From contig QHTK01000046.1 in NCBI GenBank assembly GCA_003220795.1, positions 6,156 through 70,155 on the forward strand: a stretch of DNA of 64,000 nucleotides, written 5' to 3'. This document shows positions 1 to 9,309 of the stretch, piece by piece. The first letter of the stretch is position 1, and the number at the start of each line of letters is the position of its first letter. The notes below the pieces were generated by a model. That model was not told the origin of the DNA, did not search any database, and saw nothing but the letters and a program-made list of their open reading frames with translations. Origin of the DNA: Gemmatimonadota bacterium. Lineage in GTDB: Bacteria > Gemmatimonadota > Gemmatimonadetes > Gemmatimonadales > GWC2-71-9. Position numbers and translations under genes: made by a program.

Positions 1-2
1 TG

Positions 3-677
3 ACCGCGCTTGCTCCACGCACAGTGGTCCTCGATGTCGGCTGCGGTACCGGGAACTACCTGCGCGCTCTTGCCGAGTGGCGGCCCGACCTGCTGTACGC
101 AGGTTTCGACATCTCCAAGCCCATGCTCCGGGAAGCTGCCAAGCGAGCTCCTCAGGCCCAGTACTTAGCCGCCGACGGTTCTCGAGCATTCCCCATTTGT
201 AATCAGTCCTGTGGCCTCGTCTTTACGGTCGACGTGATCCACCACATCGATAATCTCGCGACGTGTTTTTCCGAGTGCGCCCGAGTTCTTCAGCCGGGCA
301 GCCGGCTTGTGTTCGTGACGGACTCTGAGGAGACGTTCCGGCAACGCAGTCTAACGAAGTTCTTCCCTGAGATCCTGTCCATTGAGCTCCAGCGCTATCC
401 ATCGCTGCCGTCGCTCCAGCAGCATGCGAGCGCTGTCGGCCTGCAACTTCTTGCCCGGGAACGTGCTGAAGGATGGATACCGCTCAGTGACGAGTTCGTG
501 ACCAAGTTGGCGGCCAAGTGCTCCTCGGCTATGCGCTTGCTAGCACCGGAGTATCACGCGGCGGGCATGGCCCGAGTCAGAGAAGCCCAGGCTCGCGGGG
601 AGCAATGGCGATCGTGCTATACGCTGCTCCACTATGGCTCGGCGTTCGGTGGTGGCAGCGGCCTAACAAGCGCTTGA
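3..677 (+). CDS. Class I SAM-dependent methyltransferase (5' end outside window)
   Basis: Frame open to the window edge; motif I VLDVGCGTGNY near the start of the visible part; stop lies inside attC 661-792. Confidence 0.7.
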   Translation, partial: TALAPRTVVLDVGCGTGNYLRALAEWRPDLLYAGFDISKPMLREAAKRAPQAQYLAADGSRAFPICNQSCGLVFTVDVIHHIDNLATCFSECARVLQPGSRLVFVTDSEETFRQRSLTKFFPEILSIELQRYPSLPSLQQHASAVGLQLLARERAEGWIPLSDEFVTKLAAKCSSAMRLLAPEYHAAGMARVREAQARGEQWRSCYTLLHYGSAFGGGSGLTSA

Positions 678-792
678 AGCTGGCGGGCGGTGATCGCCTT
701 AAGGAAGCGGAGTGTTGTGCCCTGGCGGGCACGAATTATCGTTCAGCGCCCTGCGGGCGAGTCGCCCACAGCTTAAGCGCGATCCGTTAGGC
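661..792 (+). repeat. attC site, class A (centre subtype A2), 132 bp
   Basis: GCCTAAC 661-667 and GTTAGGC 786-792; arms GCCTAACAAGCGCTTGAAGCTGG / CAGCTTAAGCGCGATCCGTTAGGC form an imperfect inverted repeat; centre ...GCACGAATTATCGTTCAG... Confidence 0.85.
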
Positions 793-825
793 CGCGGAGC
801 CACAAGGGTGGGAGGAGAGAATCGT

Positions 826-1725
826 GTGATTGCGTATCGCATTACGACTCTCGCCTTCGCGACACTGCTCGCGACCGGTTGCTTGACGGGCCCTGACCAG
901 CCTGCGTTCGAGATAGCCTATCGCGGCGAACTTGGCTCGACCGGCGGCATAATTGCCATGACACCGGACGGATCGAACGGGCGTGTACTGGTCACCCCTA
1001 CTGAGGGACCGGGTTGCCCTTCCTTCTCGCCAGACGGCCGCAAGATCGCCTTTGCAGGAAGTACGACCAATCGGATCGCAATCATCGATGTTCCATCACG
1101 AGCGGAGACGTGGCTAACGTCGGGTTGGTGTCCGACGTGGTCCCCTGACGGAGCCCAACTCGCGTTCTTCCGCGGGCCCATCAGCGCTCCTAACGGGTGG
1201 GGCCTTTATGTCATGAACATCGACGGCACAGGCCTCAGGGAACTCGCTCCAGACGGCTTTGATACAGGTGGGCTCGATTGGTCACCGGATGGTCGCTGGC
1301 TCGCTGTTTCCACCTATTCGGAGGGGAGACTACTATTCGTCGACGCTGCTACGGGTGCGCGAAGACTGCCGTCCCCGGCAAGGGTCCTTCTGGGTTTCCA
1401 ACCCGCCTGGGCGCCCGACGGTCAACAAGTTGCATACGTCACCGGCACCCCCGCGCAGGGACAGGAGATCTGGCTTATCGACATCTCTGACGGCACTGTC
1501 CGCCAAGTGACGCATTCGCCTACGGACGCGACTCCCTACCACAACTATCGTCCGCGATGGTCGCCAGACGGAACCATGATTGTCTACTGGCGCATCGGAC
1601 CTGTCACGAGCCCAGGTCGCAGCGATCCGCACATAGTCTTAGTCGGGGTCGATGGCATTGAGCGCTCGTGGAAGGCTGCCACGCCAATCCTCGGTGACCA
1701 GCCGTTCTGGCGTCGGTCTCCCTAA
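826..1725 (+). CDS. PD40/TolB-like beta-propeller lipoprotein
   Basis: GTG after GGAGGAGAGA; lipobox LLATGC; repeated SPDG/WSPDG motifs (FSPDGRKIAF, WSPDGAQLAF, WSPDGRWLAV, WAPDGQQVAY, WSPDGTMIVY). The track ORF start (712) lies inside the attC. Confidence 0.6.
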   Translation: MIAYRITTLAFATLLATGCLTGPDQPAFEIAYRGELGSTGGIIAMTPDGSNGRVLVTPTEGPGCPSFSPDGRKIAFAGSTTNRIAIIDVPSRAETWLTSGWCPTWSPDGAQLAFFRGPISAPNGWGLYVMNIDGTGLRELAPDGFDTGGLDWSPDGRWLAVSTYSEGRLLFVDAATGARRLPSPARVLLGFQPAWAPDGQQVAYVTGTPAQGQEIWLIDISDGTVRQVTHSPTDATPYHNYRPRWSPDGTMIVYWRIGPVTSPGRSDPHIVLVGVDGIERSWKAATPILGDQPFWRRSP

Positions 1726-1732
1726 TCCCGCG

Positions 1733-1873
1733 GCCTAACAAGCGCTTGAAGCTGGCGAGCGCTTATCGTTCTAATGGAAGCGGAGTATTGTGCCCCTGGC
1801 TGGGCACGGACTTCGTCCCAGACTCTTGCGCCGGCGGGCGGTTCGCCCGCAGCTTAAGCGCGATCCGTTAGGC
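1733..1873 (+). repeat. attC site, class A (subtype A1), 141 bp
   Basis: GCCTAAC 1733-1739, GTTAGGC 1867-1873; conserved centre with GTGCCCCTGGCTGGGCAC hairpin. Confidence 0.85.
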
Positions 1874-1956
1874 GGCGCGAATCATCGTGGCGCTTGCATC
1901 GAGAGTGTCCGTGCAATCACAACCAGGCAACTTTACGCGTAGGCGGTGGCTCGAGG

Positions 1957-2706
1957 GTGAGTGAATCGGTCATCAGCGTGTCGGAGCTGACGCGCCGCTT
2001 CGGTGCCACGACGGCCCTGGACTCGGTGAGCGTGTCCCTCCCGCGTGGGGCGGTCTACGGCCTCGTCGGCGCAAACGGAGCGGGGAAGACGACGCTCATC
2101 AAACATATTCTGGGTCTGCTACGGGCGGAAAGGGGCTCGGTGCGCGTCTTCGGCCTCGATCCGGTCGCCGAACCGGTCGCCGTCCTTTCGCGGATTGGCT
2201 ATCTGTCCGAGGAAAACGACCTCCCCGGCTGGATGGGAGTCGACGAGCTGATTCGTTACACGAGTGCCTTCTATCCGAAGTGGGATGACGCCTACGCGGA
2301 GGAACTGCGGCGGGCGTTCGCGCTCGATCCGGCGGCGAAGATCAAGGATCTCTCCAGGGGGCAGAAGGCGCGTATGGGACTGCTCATCGCGCTGGCCCAT
2401 CGGCCCGAGCTGCTGGTGCTGGATGAGCCGTCGTCCGGCCTCGATCCGATCGTTCGCCGCGACATACTCGGCGCCGTCATTCGCACCATCGCCGACGAAG
2501 GCCGCACGGTGCTCTTTTCGTCGCACTTGTTGCAGGAAGTGGAGCAGGTCGCCGATCACGTCACGATGATTCATCAGGGCGCGATCGTATTGAGCGCACC
2601 GCTGGACGACATCAGAGAGTCCCACCGCATCGCCGGGCGCGTTCCCTCTCTCGATGAGATTTTCGTCGCCCACGTCGGGACGCCAGCGTCAGCCGCGGAC
2701 GCGTAA
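1957..2706 (+). CDS. ABC transporter ATP-binding protein
   Basis: Walker A GANGAGKTT, signature LSRGQKARM, Walker B LLVLDEP; start uncertain (1894 or 1957). Confidence 0.85.
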   Translation: MSESVISVSELTRRFGATTALDSVSVSLPRGAVYGLVGANGAGKTTLIKHILGLLRAERGSVRVFGLDPVAEPVAVLSRIGYLSEENDLPGWMGVDELIRYTSAFYPKWDDAYAEELRRAFALDPAAKIKDLSRGQKARMGLLIALAHRPELLVLDEPSSGLDPIVRRDILGAVIRTIADEGRTVLFSSHLLQEVEQVADHVTMIHQGAIVLSAPLDDIRESHRIAGRVPSLDEIFVAHVGTPASAADA

Positions 2707-2709
2707 GCC

Positions 2710-4344
2710 ATGCGTTCCCCTGCTCTTGCAATGGGCTGGGAGTTTCGCCGGCGGCATCTCTGGGCCCTGATCGCAATGGCCGGCTACCTGCTTGCCCTGG
2801 CGGCCATCAAGCTCCTGTTCCTCAGGCCGATGGAGCCCATCAGGCTGGATCCGCCCGATGGCAGGGCAGCCGTGGTGATCACGCCCCTGACGGCGACGTA
2901 CTTCTATCTACTCGCGGCGTTCAGTTTCGGCCTTGCCGGTGACCTCGGGGCGCGCCCATCGATCTATCCCGCCCGCATGTTCGCGCTGCCGCTGAGAACC
3001 GCCGCCCTGGTGGGCTGGCCGATGCTGTATGGAACCGCCGCCGTGACGATCCTGTGGCTGGTCACCGCGCTCTCCGCGCGGTGGCCGTGGGGAATCGAGC
3101 TTCCGCTGATCTGGCCGGCGCTGCTGGCCGCGGTATTCCTCGCGTGGACGCAGGCGCTGATGTGGATGCCCTACGGCTTGCCGGGGCTGCGGGCGATCGT
3201 CACCGTGCCGTGGCTGGCCACGCTGGATGCCGTCGCGCTGCTGGCGATTCACTACCAGGTCCCTGAGCCCATGATGGTGGCCTTCCTGGTGCCGCAGCTG
3301 CCCCTCGCGTACGTCACCGCCTGCTCCGCCGTTGGCCGGGCTCGCCGCGGCGAGGTGCCCGATTGGCGGGGAATGTTCGCCCGGCCTGCGAGCAACGCCG
3401 TGCTGACCCGGCGGCGAGACCATTTTCCTTCGCCCGCCGGGGCTCAAGCGTGGTTCGAGTGGCGGCGGCATGGCCGGTCGCTGCCGGCGCTCGTAGGTCT
3501 CGTTCTGCCGTTCGAGCTGGCGTTGCTCTGGCTCGCCAAGGACGCGCCGGCATTCGTCTTCGAAATACTGTTTCTCGCACTGATCACGCCGCCGTTCATG
3601 GCCGCCTTCACGGCATGGACCGTGAGCCAGCCGAATCCCCAGGTGCGCGATTCCTACGGCGTGCCGCCGTTCATCGCGACGCGGCCGTTGACCAGCGCCG
3701 AGCTCATCGCCGCCAAGCTGAAGATGGCGATGTGGAGCACGCTGGCCGCGTGGCTGCTGGTGCTCGTCGCGATGCCGCTCGCGCTCGAGTGGTCGGGCAC
3801 CTGGTCCGTGGTGACGGAACGGGCGCGGCGCATGAATGACGCCATCGGGACGCCCCGCGCGGCGACGGTCGTGCTCCTCATCCTGGCGGGGTTCATCGTC
3901 GCGACCTGGAAGCAGCTGGTGCAGAGCTTGCACATCGGCCTGACCGGCCGTGAATGGATCGTCAAGGGGAGCGTGTTGCTCACGCTGACGTTCCTCATCC
4001 TGCTCGGACCGATCGTGGAGTGGATCATCGACAGCCCAAGCGGGCAGCGCGCCTTATGGAACGCGCTGCCCCTAATCCTGGCCGGTCTGGTGGGCCTGAA
4101 GATGTCCGCTGCCGCCTGGATCGCGACGCGCCTCGATCGCAGCCGGCTGCTGGGCGACCGCGCGCTCGTCGCCGGCGCGGCCAGCTGGGTCCTCGCCGTA
4201 CTCGCGCTCTACGGTGTGCTCGTGTGGTTTTTCTCCACGCCCTTCGTCGCGCGCTACGTGCTCGCGCTCATCGCGATCCTGGCGGTCCCCCTCGCGCGAA
4301 TCTCGGCGGCGCCGCTGGCGCTCGCGTGGAACCGGCATCGGTGA
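2710..4344 (+). CDS. Polytopic membrane protein, probable permease partner of the ABC ATPase
   Basis: 544 aa with many hydrophobic segments; starts 4 nt after the ATPase stop. Confidence 0.6.
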   Translation: MRSPALAMGWEFRRRHLWALIAMAGYLLALAAIKLLFLRPMEPIRLDPPDGRAAVVITPLTATYFYLLAAFSFGLAGDLGARPSIYPARMFALPLRTAALVGWPMLYGTAAVTILWLVTALSARWPWGIELPLIWPALLAAVFLAWTQALMWMPYGLPGLRAIVTVPWLATLDAVALLAIHYQVPEPMMVAFLVPQLPLAYVTACSAVGRARRGEVPDWRGMFARPASNAVLTRRRDHFPSPAGAQAWFEWRRHGRSLPALVGLVLPFELALLWLAKDAPAFVFEILFLALITPPFMAAFTAWTVSQPNPQVRDSYGVPPFIATRPLTSAELIAAKLKMAMWSTLAAWLLVLVAMPLALEWSGTWSVVTERARRMNDAIGTPRAATVVLLILAGFIVATWKQLVQSLHIGLTGREWIVKGSVLLTLTFLILLGPIVEWIIDSPSGQRALWNALPLILAGLVGLKMSAAAWIATRLDRSRLLGDRALVAGAASWVLAVLALYGVLVWFFSTPFVARYVLALIAILAVPLARISAAPLALAWNRHR

Positions 4345-5300
4345 CCGCACCAACCGTCATGCGGAAGGGAAAGCACGCCATCGGCGCGGTGCTGGCGCTG
4401 TTGAGCCTGCCAGTGCTGCTGGTGCTGGTCGAGGCGGTGTCGTTCCGCGTGGCGAACCGGCCCAACGGTTCGTTCATGTCCTCCGGGCGGAAGCGCGAAT
4501 ACGTACTCTACGTGCCGAGAAGCTACGATCGCGCGGAGCCAACGGCGCTGGTCATCAGCCTGCACGGCGCGGGCATGTGGGGGGCGGCCCAGAAGGAAAC
4601 GAGCCAATGGAACCGCGTGGCGGACGAGCATGGCTTCATCGTCGTGTACCCGTCGGGAGAGGGCGGCGGCGGACCACGGGTCTGGCACGAGGGCGGCGGC
4701 GCCGGACCCTCGCGTGATGTCCGATTCATCTCCGAGCTGATCGACACACTGGAGGCGCGGTACAACATCGATCCGGGGATGATCTACGCCAACGGGCTTT
4801 CCAATGGCGGAGGCATGTCGTTCGCGCTCTCCTGCACGTTGTCCGACCGGATCGCCGCGGTCGGGATGGTAGGAGCTGCTCTCCTGGTGCCGTTCAGCTG
4901 GTGCACGGACCAGCGACCGGTGCCGATGATCGCGTTTCACGGGACCGCCGATGCGGCTGCTCCGTACAAGGGAGGGTTCTCGTGGGTTGCCCCTCAGCGA
5001 TTTCAGGGCGTCCGTGCCTTTACGGCGAGTTGGGCCCGACGAAACCGGTGCGGAACGAATCCAGTCGATTCTGTGGTCGCGACGGACGTCACGCGCCTCG
5101 AATACACGAAGTGCGCTGACGACGCGGCGGTGGTGCTCTATACCATTAGAGGAGGAGGCCACACCTGGCCCGGTGGCCAGCCGCTGCCGGAATGGTTCGT
5201 CGGGCGCACCAGCAACAGTATCGACGCATCGAGCCTGATGTGGGCGTTCTTTCGTGCGCATCGGCTTCGAGAGGCGCAGACCGGGGCGCAGCACAAGTGA
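4341..5300 (+). CDS. Secreted alpha/beta-hydrolase esterase (PHB-depolymerase/LpqC-like)
   Basis: GTGA overlap with the upstream stop (alternative ATG 4359); N-terminal TM/signal; LHGAGMWG and nucleophile elbow GLSNGGGMS. Confidence 0.7.
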   Translation: MTAPTVMRKGKHAIGAVLALLSLPVLLVLVEAVSFRVANRPNGSFMSSGRKREYVLYVPRSYDRAEPTALVISLHGAGMWGAAQKETSQWNRVADEHGFIVVYPSGEGGGGPRVWHEGGGAGPSRDVRFISELIDTLEARYNIDPGMIYANGLSNGGGMSFALSCTLSDRIAAVGMVGAALLVPFSWCTDQRPVPMIAFHGTADAAAPYKGGFSWVAPQRFQGVRAFTASWARRNRCGTNPVDSVVATDVTRLEYTKCADDAAVVLYTIRGGGHTWPGGQPLPEWFVGRTSNSIDASSLMWAFFRAHRLREAQTGAQHK

Positions 5301-5358
5301 GGTGGCGTCCGGCGATGTGCTGTGATAATTATCCGGGTGGCGTTGTGTTGACCGCGCC

Positions 5359-5436
5359 GTCTAACACGCGCTTGAAGCTGACGGGCGCTGATCGTTCTAG
5401 TGGAAACGGAGTGTTGTGCCCCAACCGGGCACGGAC
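5359..5436 (+). repeat. attC left half only (R''/L'' arm plus centre; right arm deleted)
   Basis: GTCTAACACGCGCTTGAAGCTGACGGGCG...GGAGTGTTGTGCCCCAACCGGGCACGGAC, then fused directly to the next ORF start; no L'/R'. Confidence 0.7.
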
Positions 5437-5441
5437 AGGCG

Positions 5442-5888
5442 ATGCCTTCACTCTTTGACCCCAAGACCCGAGATGCCATCCTCGACCGGATCGCCCGCTT
5501 GGCACCGGATCGCAAGCCGCTCTGGGGGCGTTTCACGGCGCCAGAGATGGTCTGCCATGTGAGCTGCGATCTGCGGCACGGTCTTGGGGAGCTGGAGACC
5601 GCGCCGCCCTCTGGCCCACTGAGCCATGCGCCACTCAACTGGTTGGCGATCCACGTGATCCCTTGGCCGAAAGGGAAGGGACGGAGCCCGCCCGAATTTC
5701 TCGCCACGCGGCCAACGACCTGGCAAGCAGACGTCAGTCGCTTACGCGAGTTGGTTGACCGTTTTGTTGATCGGGGACCGGCGGCGCCGTGGCCACCGAG
5801 CCGTGTCTTTGGCCGCATTTCCGGGCGAAGCTGGGGCGTGATGCTGCACAAGCATCTTGATCATCATCTCCGCCAGTTCGGGGTGTGA
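5442..5888 (+). CDS. DinB-superfamily protein (DUF1569-like)
   Basis: C-terminal HKHLDHHLRQFGV signature; the track start (5400) lies inside the attC half-site. Confidence 0.65.
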   Translation: MPSLFDPKTRDAILDRIARLAPDRKPLWGRFTAPEMVCHVSCDLRHGLGELETAPPSGPLSHAPLNWLAIHVIPWPKGKGRSPPEFLATRPTTWQADVSRLRELVDRFVDRGPAAPWPPSRVFGRISGRSWGVMLHKHLDHHLRQFGV

Positions 5889-5910
5889 TCTCGCAGCAGG
5901 TGCGTCAGCA

Positions 5911-6051
5911 GCCTAACAAGCGCTTGAAGCTGGCGGGCGCTGATCGTTCTAGTGGAAACGGAGTGTTGTGCCCCTGGCGGGGCACGGACTTCGTCGAACG
6001 GCCTTGCGCCGGCGGGCGGGTCGCCCGCAGCTTAGGCGCGATCCGTTAGGC
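5911..6051 (+). repeat. attC site, class A1, 141 bp
   Basis: GCCTAAC 5911-5917, GTTAGGC 6045-6051; central hairpin GTGCCCCTGGCGGGGCAC 5968-5985. Confidence 0.85.
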
Positions 6052-6099
6052 AGCCGCGGCACACGTCATTCCGCCAAGAGCGTGCGTGTCCTTCGCACT

Positions 6100-7170
6100 A
6101 TGAGCCCCAATCCGTTGCGTGTACACCTTGAGGGCACCCGAGTGTACCTCCGCGTCGCCATTGCAGCCTTCATTCTTCCCACCGGAACAGCGGGAAGCCC
6201 GCTCCCACTGGATGCCGTGCAGGGCGGCTACTTGGTCGTTTACGGTGTGAAGACCGTCACACCGTTACTCACTCCGGAACAAGCACGGCAACGCGGCCTG
6301 CCGTTCGGCGAGATACCGAAGGTTCACGTGACCCGTCTCTTTGCGGTCGAGCCATTGAGTGGAAAGACGGCGTCGGTCTTTTCGGACGAGGCACTGCCGG
6401 TCATGGTCCTGAATCGCGAAGGTGGTGGGGAAACGGCCGTGTACGGCATCGTCGCCACCAATTCCTCCCAGCGCAAAGCGATCGCACTCATGGGTATGCG
6501 ACGCGGTCCGGGCGATCCACGACGTACATCATCGCTGTATGAACTGTCCTTAGACGGAAGGAACGTTGTCCGAAAAATCTCGGATGTTGAGAGTATGATC
6601 GCGTTCGCTGTGTCTCGTGACGGCGAGCAGATCGCGTACTTTCTATACAACCCGAAGAGGCTCGTTATTCGGAGCACGAGCTCTGGGAAGGTCGGCCGAG
6701 AGGTTAGTCTCGAAGGAAACGAATTCGCTGGCCTGCCGAGTCTAAGCTGGTCACCTGATGGGCGTTTAGTGTTGGTACGACGGTGGCCAGGTCCAGAGCA
6801 CGAGACCCAGTACGATCTCATCCACCTTCCGGAGGGGCGCGTCGAGAGAACCGGGATTAACGGCGAGATATACTCGTTTTTTCCCAAGAGCAATCGCGTT
6901 CTGGGCGTGCACTTGATATACGACAGATCCAGCGCCTCACCTCTCCGGCAGTTTTTCTCGATGGCCTTCCCCGAACGCGAAGCGGTCAATCTCTCACTCC
7001 CCCCATGTAGAGGATCCTGGCATGCGGAAGTATCACCGGATGAGACACTGATCGCGTATCCTTGTGATGAGAAGATCGTGATTCGCTCGTTGGCCCAAGG
7101 TGATGAGCCCAAAGGCGAGACAACTGTCGCTGTGGGGCACGCTGAGGTGATTGGCTGGATAGTCAAGTGA
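6100..7170 (+). CDS. Hypothetical protein with PD40-like repeats
   Basis: First ATG after attC 5911-6051; SWSPDGRLVLV and VSPDETLIAYP motifs. Confidence 0.45.
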   Translation: MSPNPLRVHLEGTRVYLRVAIAAFILPTGTAGSPLPLDAVQGGYLVVYGVKTVTPLLTPEQARQRGLPFGEIPKVHVTRLFAVEPLSGKTASVFSDEALPVMVLNREGGGETAVYGIVATNSSQRKAIALMGMRRGPGDPRRTSSLYELSLDGRNVVRKISDVESMIAFAVSRDGEQIAYFLYNPKRLVIRSTSSGKVGREVSLEGNEFAGLPSLSWSPDGRLVLVRRWPGPEHETQYDLIHLPEGRVERTGINGEIYSFFPKSNRVLGVHLIYDRSSASPLRQFFSMAFPEREAVNLSLPPCRGSWHAEVSPDETLIAYPCDEKIVIRSLAQGDEPKGETTVAVGHAEVIGWIVK

Positions 7171-7209
7171 CCCTGAGCCTGGCCTCCACGGCCACGCGGG
7201 TACGCGGCT

Positions 7210-7350
7210 GCCTAACAAGCGCTTGAAGCTGGCGGGCGCTGATCGCTCTAAAGGAAGCGGAGTGTTGTGCCCTGGCGGGCACGGACTGATCGTCCAATGA
7301 CCTTGCGCCGGCGAGCGAGTCGCCCGCAGCTTAAGCGCGATCCGTTAGGC
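7210..7350 (+). repeat. attC site, class A1, 141 bp
   Basis: GCCTAAC 7210-7216, GTTAGGC 7344-7350. Confidence 0.85.
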
Positions 7351-7370
7351 CGATGCGCTCGGAGGCTCCT

Positions 7371-7901
7371 ATGAGCTACCGTCTTGCGGTCACACTTCTC
7401 CTCGGTCTCGTGCCCCTGGTCGCGTGCGCCGCCGTGGCTCAAACGGCTCGTGTTGGCGCCCACTACGGCGTCAACCTCAGTGACGGTCACTGGGAAGACG
7501 AGCGGCTCGGCGCGCAGGCCTCTGTTCACATCATCGGTCCCCTTGAGACCGCCGGCGCGCTCAGCGTCTTCACCAACTGGCCCGGAGCCACCGGCTTCAC
7601 CGGCTCAGCGTGGCAGGCCTATTGGACCGTGCGCGTTAGGCCTCGAGGTTCGGTGTCATTCGCGTCAGTTGGCTATGGCTTCATCCTGATACACAGCAGC
7701 TTGCGCAACACGAGCCTCCAACTCGACACGTCCGGCAGCAACTTCACTGACGCTATCGTGCTGGGTCTGGAAGCTCCCACCCCCTACGTTCGTCCGTTCG
7801 CCGACGTCTATCTGATTGACATCCTCGATCGTGAGTCCGCCGTCGGCGTGAATCTGCTCATGGGCATCCAGATCCGCTTACCCACCAGGCCGTCGAGTTG
7901 A
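7371..7901 (+). CDS. Secreted hypothetical protein
   Basis: GGAGG 5 nt upstream; signal peptide MSYRLAVTLLLGLVPLVACAAVAQ; alternative ATG at 7353. Confidence 0.45.
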   Translation: MSYRLAVTLLLGLVPLVACAAVAQTARVGAHYGVNLSDGHWEDERLGAQASVHIIGPLETAGALSVFTNWPGATGFTGSAWQAYWTVRVRPRGSVSFASVGYGFILIHSSLRNTSLQLDTSGSNFTDAIVLGLEAPTPYVRPFADVYLIDILDRESAVGVNLLMGIQIRLPTRPSS

Positions 7902-7908
7902 GCGCACG

Positions 7909-8049
7909 GCCTAACAAGCGCTTGAAGCTGGCGGGCGGTGATCGCTCTAAGGGAAGCGGAGTGTTGTGCCCCTGGCGGGCACGGGACTTCGTCCACCACC
8001 CTTGCGCCGACGCGTGAGTCGCCCGCAGCTTAAGCGCGATCCCGCCACG
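7909..8049 (+). repeat. attC site, class A1, with R' box destroyed
   Basis: GCCTAAC 7909-7915 and intact L' CAGCTTAAGCGCGATCC, but the expected GTTAGGC position (8043-8049) reads CGCCACG. Confidence 0.7.
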
Positions 8050-8065
8050 AGGTCGTGCGACCGTT

Positions 8066-8377
8066 ATGGGAACCGCCGCTGTTGCCGCCATAATCCTACG
8101 CAAGGAGCGCCGCGCGGTCGAAGCCTTCGCACGCGGGGGTGCGACTAGCCCCGCGGCGGCCCAATCCCTGGAAGCACTCGGGATTCCCGACGGGCTCGCG
8201 GTGCAGCGGTTGCGCGACCACGCGGTGTTGCGGGAAGGGGCACCGGGCCTTTACTTCGTTGACCTCGAAGTCTGGCACGCGGTCCGCCGAGCGCGCCGGC
8301 GCATTCTTCTCGTCTTGGCCATCGTAGTGCTTGCGGCCGCGCTGGCCCTCGGCGGGCTCGGTCCTTGGCATCGTTGA
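8066..8377 (+). CDS. Hypothetical protein with C-terminal TM helix
   Basis: Single ORF in the cassette; ILLVLAIVVLAAALALGGL. Confidence 0.4.
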   Translation: MGTAAVAAIILRKERRAVEAFARGGATSPAAAQSLEALGIPDGLAVQRLRDHAVLREGAPGLYFVDLEVWHAVRRARRRILLVLAIVVLAAALALGGLGPWHR

Positions 8378-8400
8378 TCGAACACTTCCCGGCATCGGCG

Positions 8401-8543
8401 GCCTAACAAGCGCTTGAAGCTGGCGGGCGTTTATCGCTTCTATGGAAGCAGAGTGTTGTGCCCCTGGCGGGCCACGGACTGTCGTCCCACGGCCTTGCGC
8501 GGGCGAGCGGGTTCGCCCGCAGCTTAAGCGCGATCCGGTAGGC
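8401..8543 (+). repeat. attC site, class A1, variant R' (GGTAGGC)
   Basis: GCCTAAC 8401-8407; GGTAGGC 8537-8543. Confidence 0.8.
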
Positions 8544-8631
8544 AGCACCCAACCGCTTGCCGCTCTTAGTGAGTGCTGATGAAAGTACGCCGGCTCGTTC
8601 AGGACCGTCGCAACTCGAGGGTTGAGGTCCA

Positions 8632-9036
8632 ATGACTGCGCCAACCACTCAGGCACAACTCGGCTACATCGCCCCGTTCTTCATTGTGCGCGATGTCATG
8701 CCAGCCATCGCGTTCTACAAAGATCGCCTAGGCTTCGAACTAACGTTTCTCGGTCCCGAGGATGATCCATACTTCGCCATGCTGAAGCGAGACGGCGTTC
8801 GGCTCATGCTCAAGGCCATCACGCCTGAGGTGCAGCCGACGCCGAATCCCAGCCGGCATCACTGGGCCAGGTGGGACGCGTACGTCTATACTCCTGATCC
8901 GGACGCGCTGGCCGAGGAGTTCACATCCCGTGGCGTTTCGTTCCGGGAGCCTCTTGGCAACAACTCGGACCAACTGCGCGGGTTCGAAGTCATGGATGCG
9001 GACGGGTACGTTTTGTACTTCGGGCGACCACTCTAG
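8632..9036 (+). CDS. VOC (glyoxalase/bleomycin-resistance) family protein
   Basis: YIAPFFIVRDVMPAIAFYKDRLGFE ... GFEVMDADGYVLYFG, a typical VOC beta-alpha-beta-beta-beta pattern. Confidence 0.75.
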   Translation: MTAPTTQAQLGYIAPFFIVRDVMPAIAFYKDRLGFELTFLGPEDDPYFAMLKRDGVRLMLKAITPEVQPTPNPSRHHWARWDAYVYTPDPDALAEEFTSRGVSFREPLGNNSDQLRGFEVMDADGYVLYFGRPL

Positions 9037-9155
9037 CGTCCGACGGGGAGCGTGGCCTCGTCCGCCTGAGAGAGCGGTCGCTCGATGCATCGACAACGTG
9101 CTCAACAGACGGGGCGGTTCTGAAAGGGTTCATTGATGAGGTGCGTGGGCGTGCT

Positions 9156-9296
9156 GCCCAACACGCGCTTGAAGCTGCCGGGCGGTGGTCGCTTTCAAGG
9201 AAGCGAAGTGTTGTGCCCCTGGCGGGGCACGGACTTCGTCCACCACCCTTGCGCTGGCGCGCGGGTCGCCCGCAGCTTAAGCGCGATCCGTTAGGC
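9156..9296 (+). repeat. attC site, class A1, variant R'' (GCCCAAC)
   Basis: GCCCAAC 9156-9162, GTTAGGC 9290-9296. Confidence 0.8.
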
Positions 9297-9309
9297 CGAG
9301 CGTGAGCAT

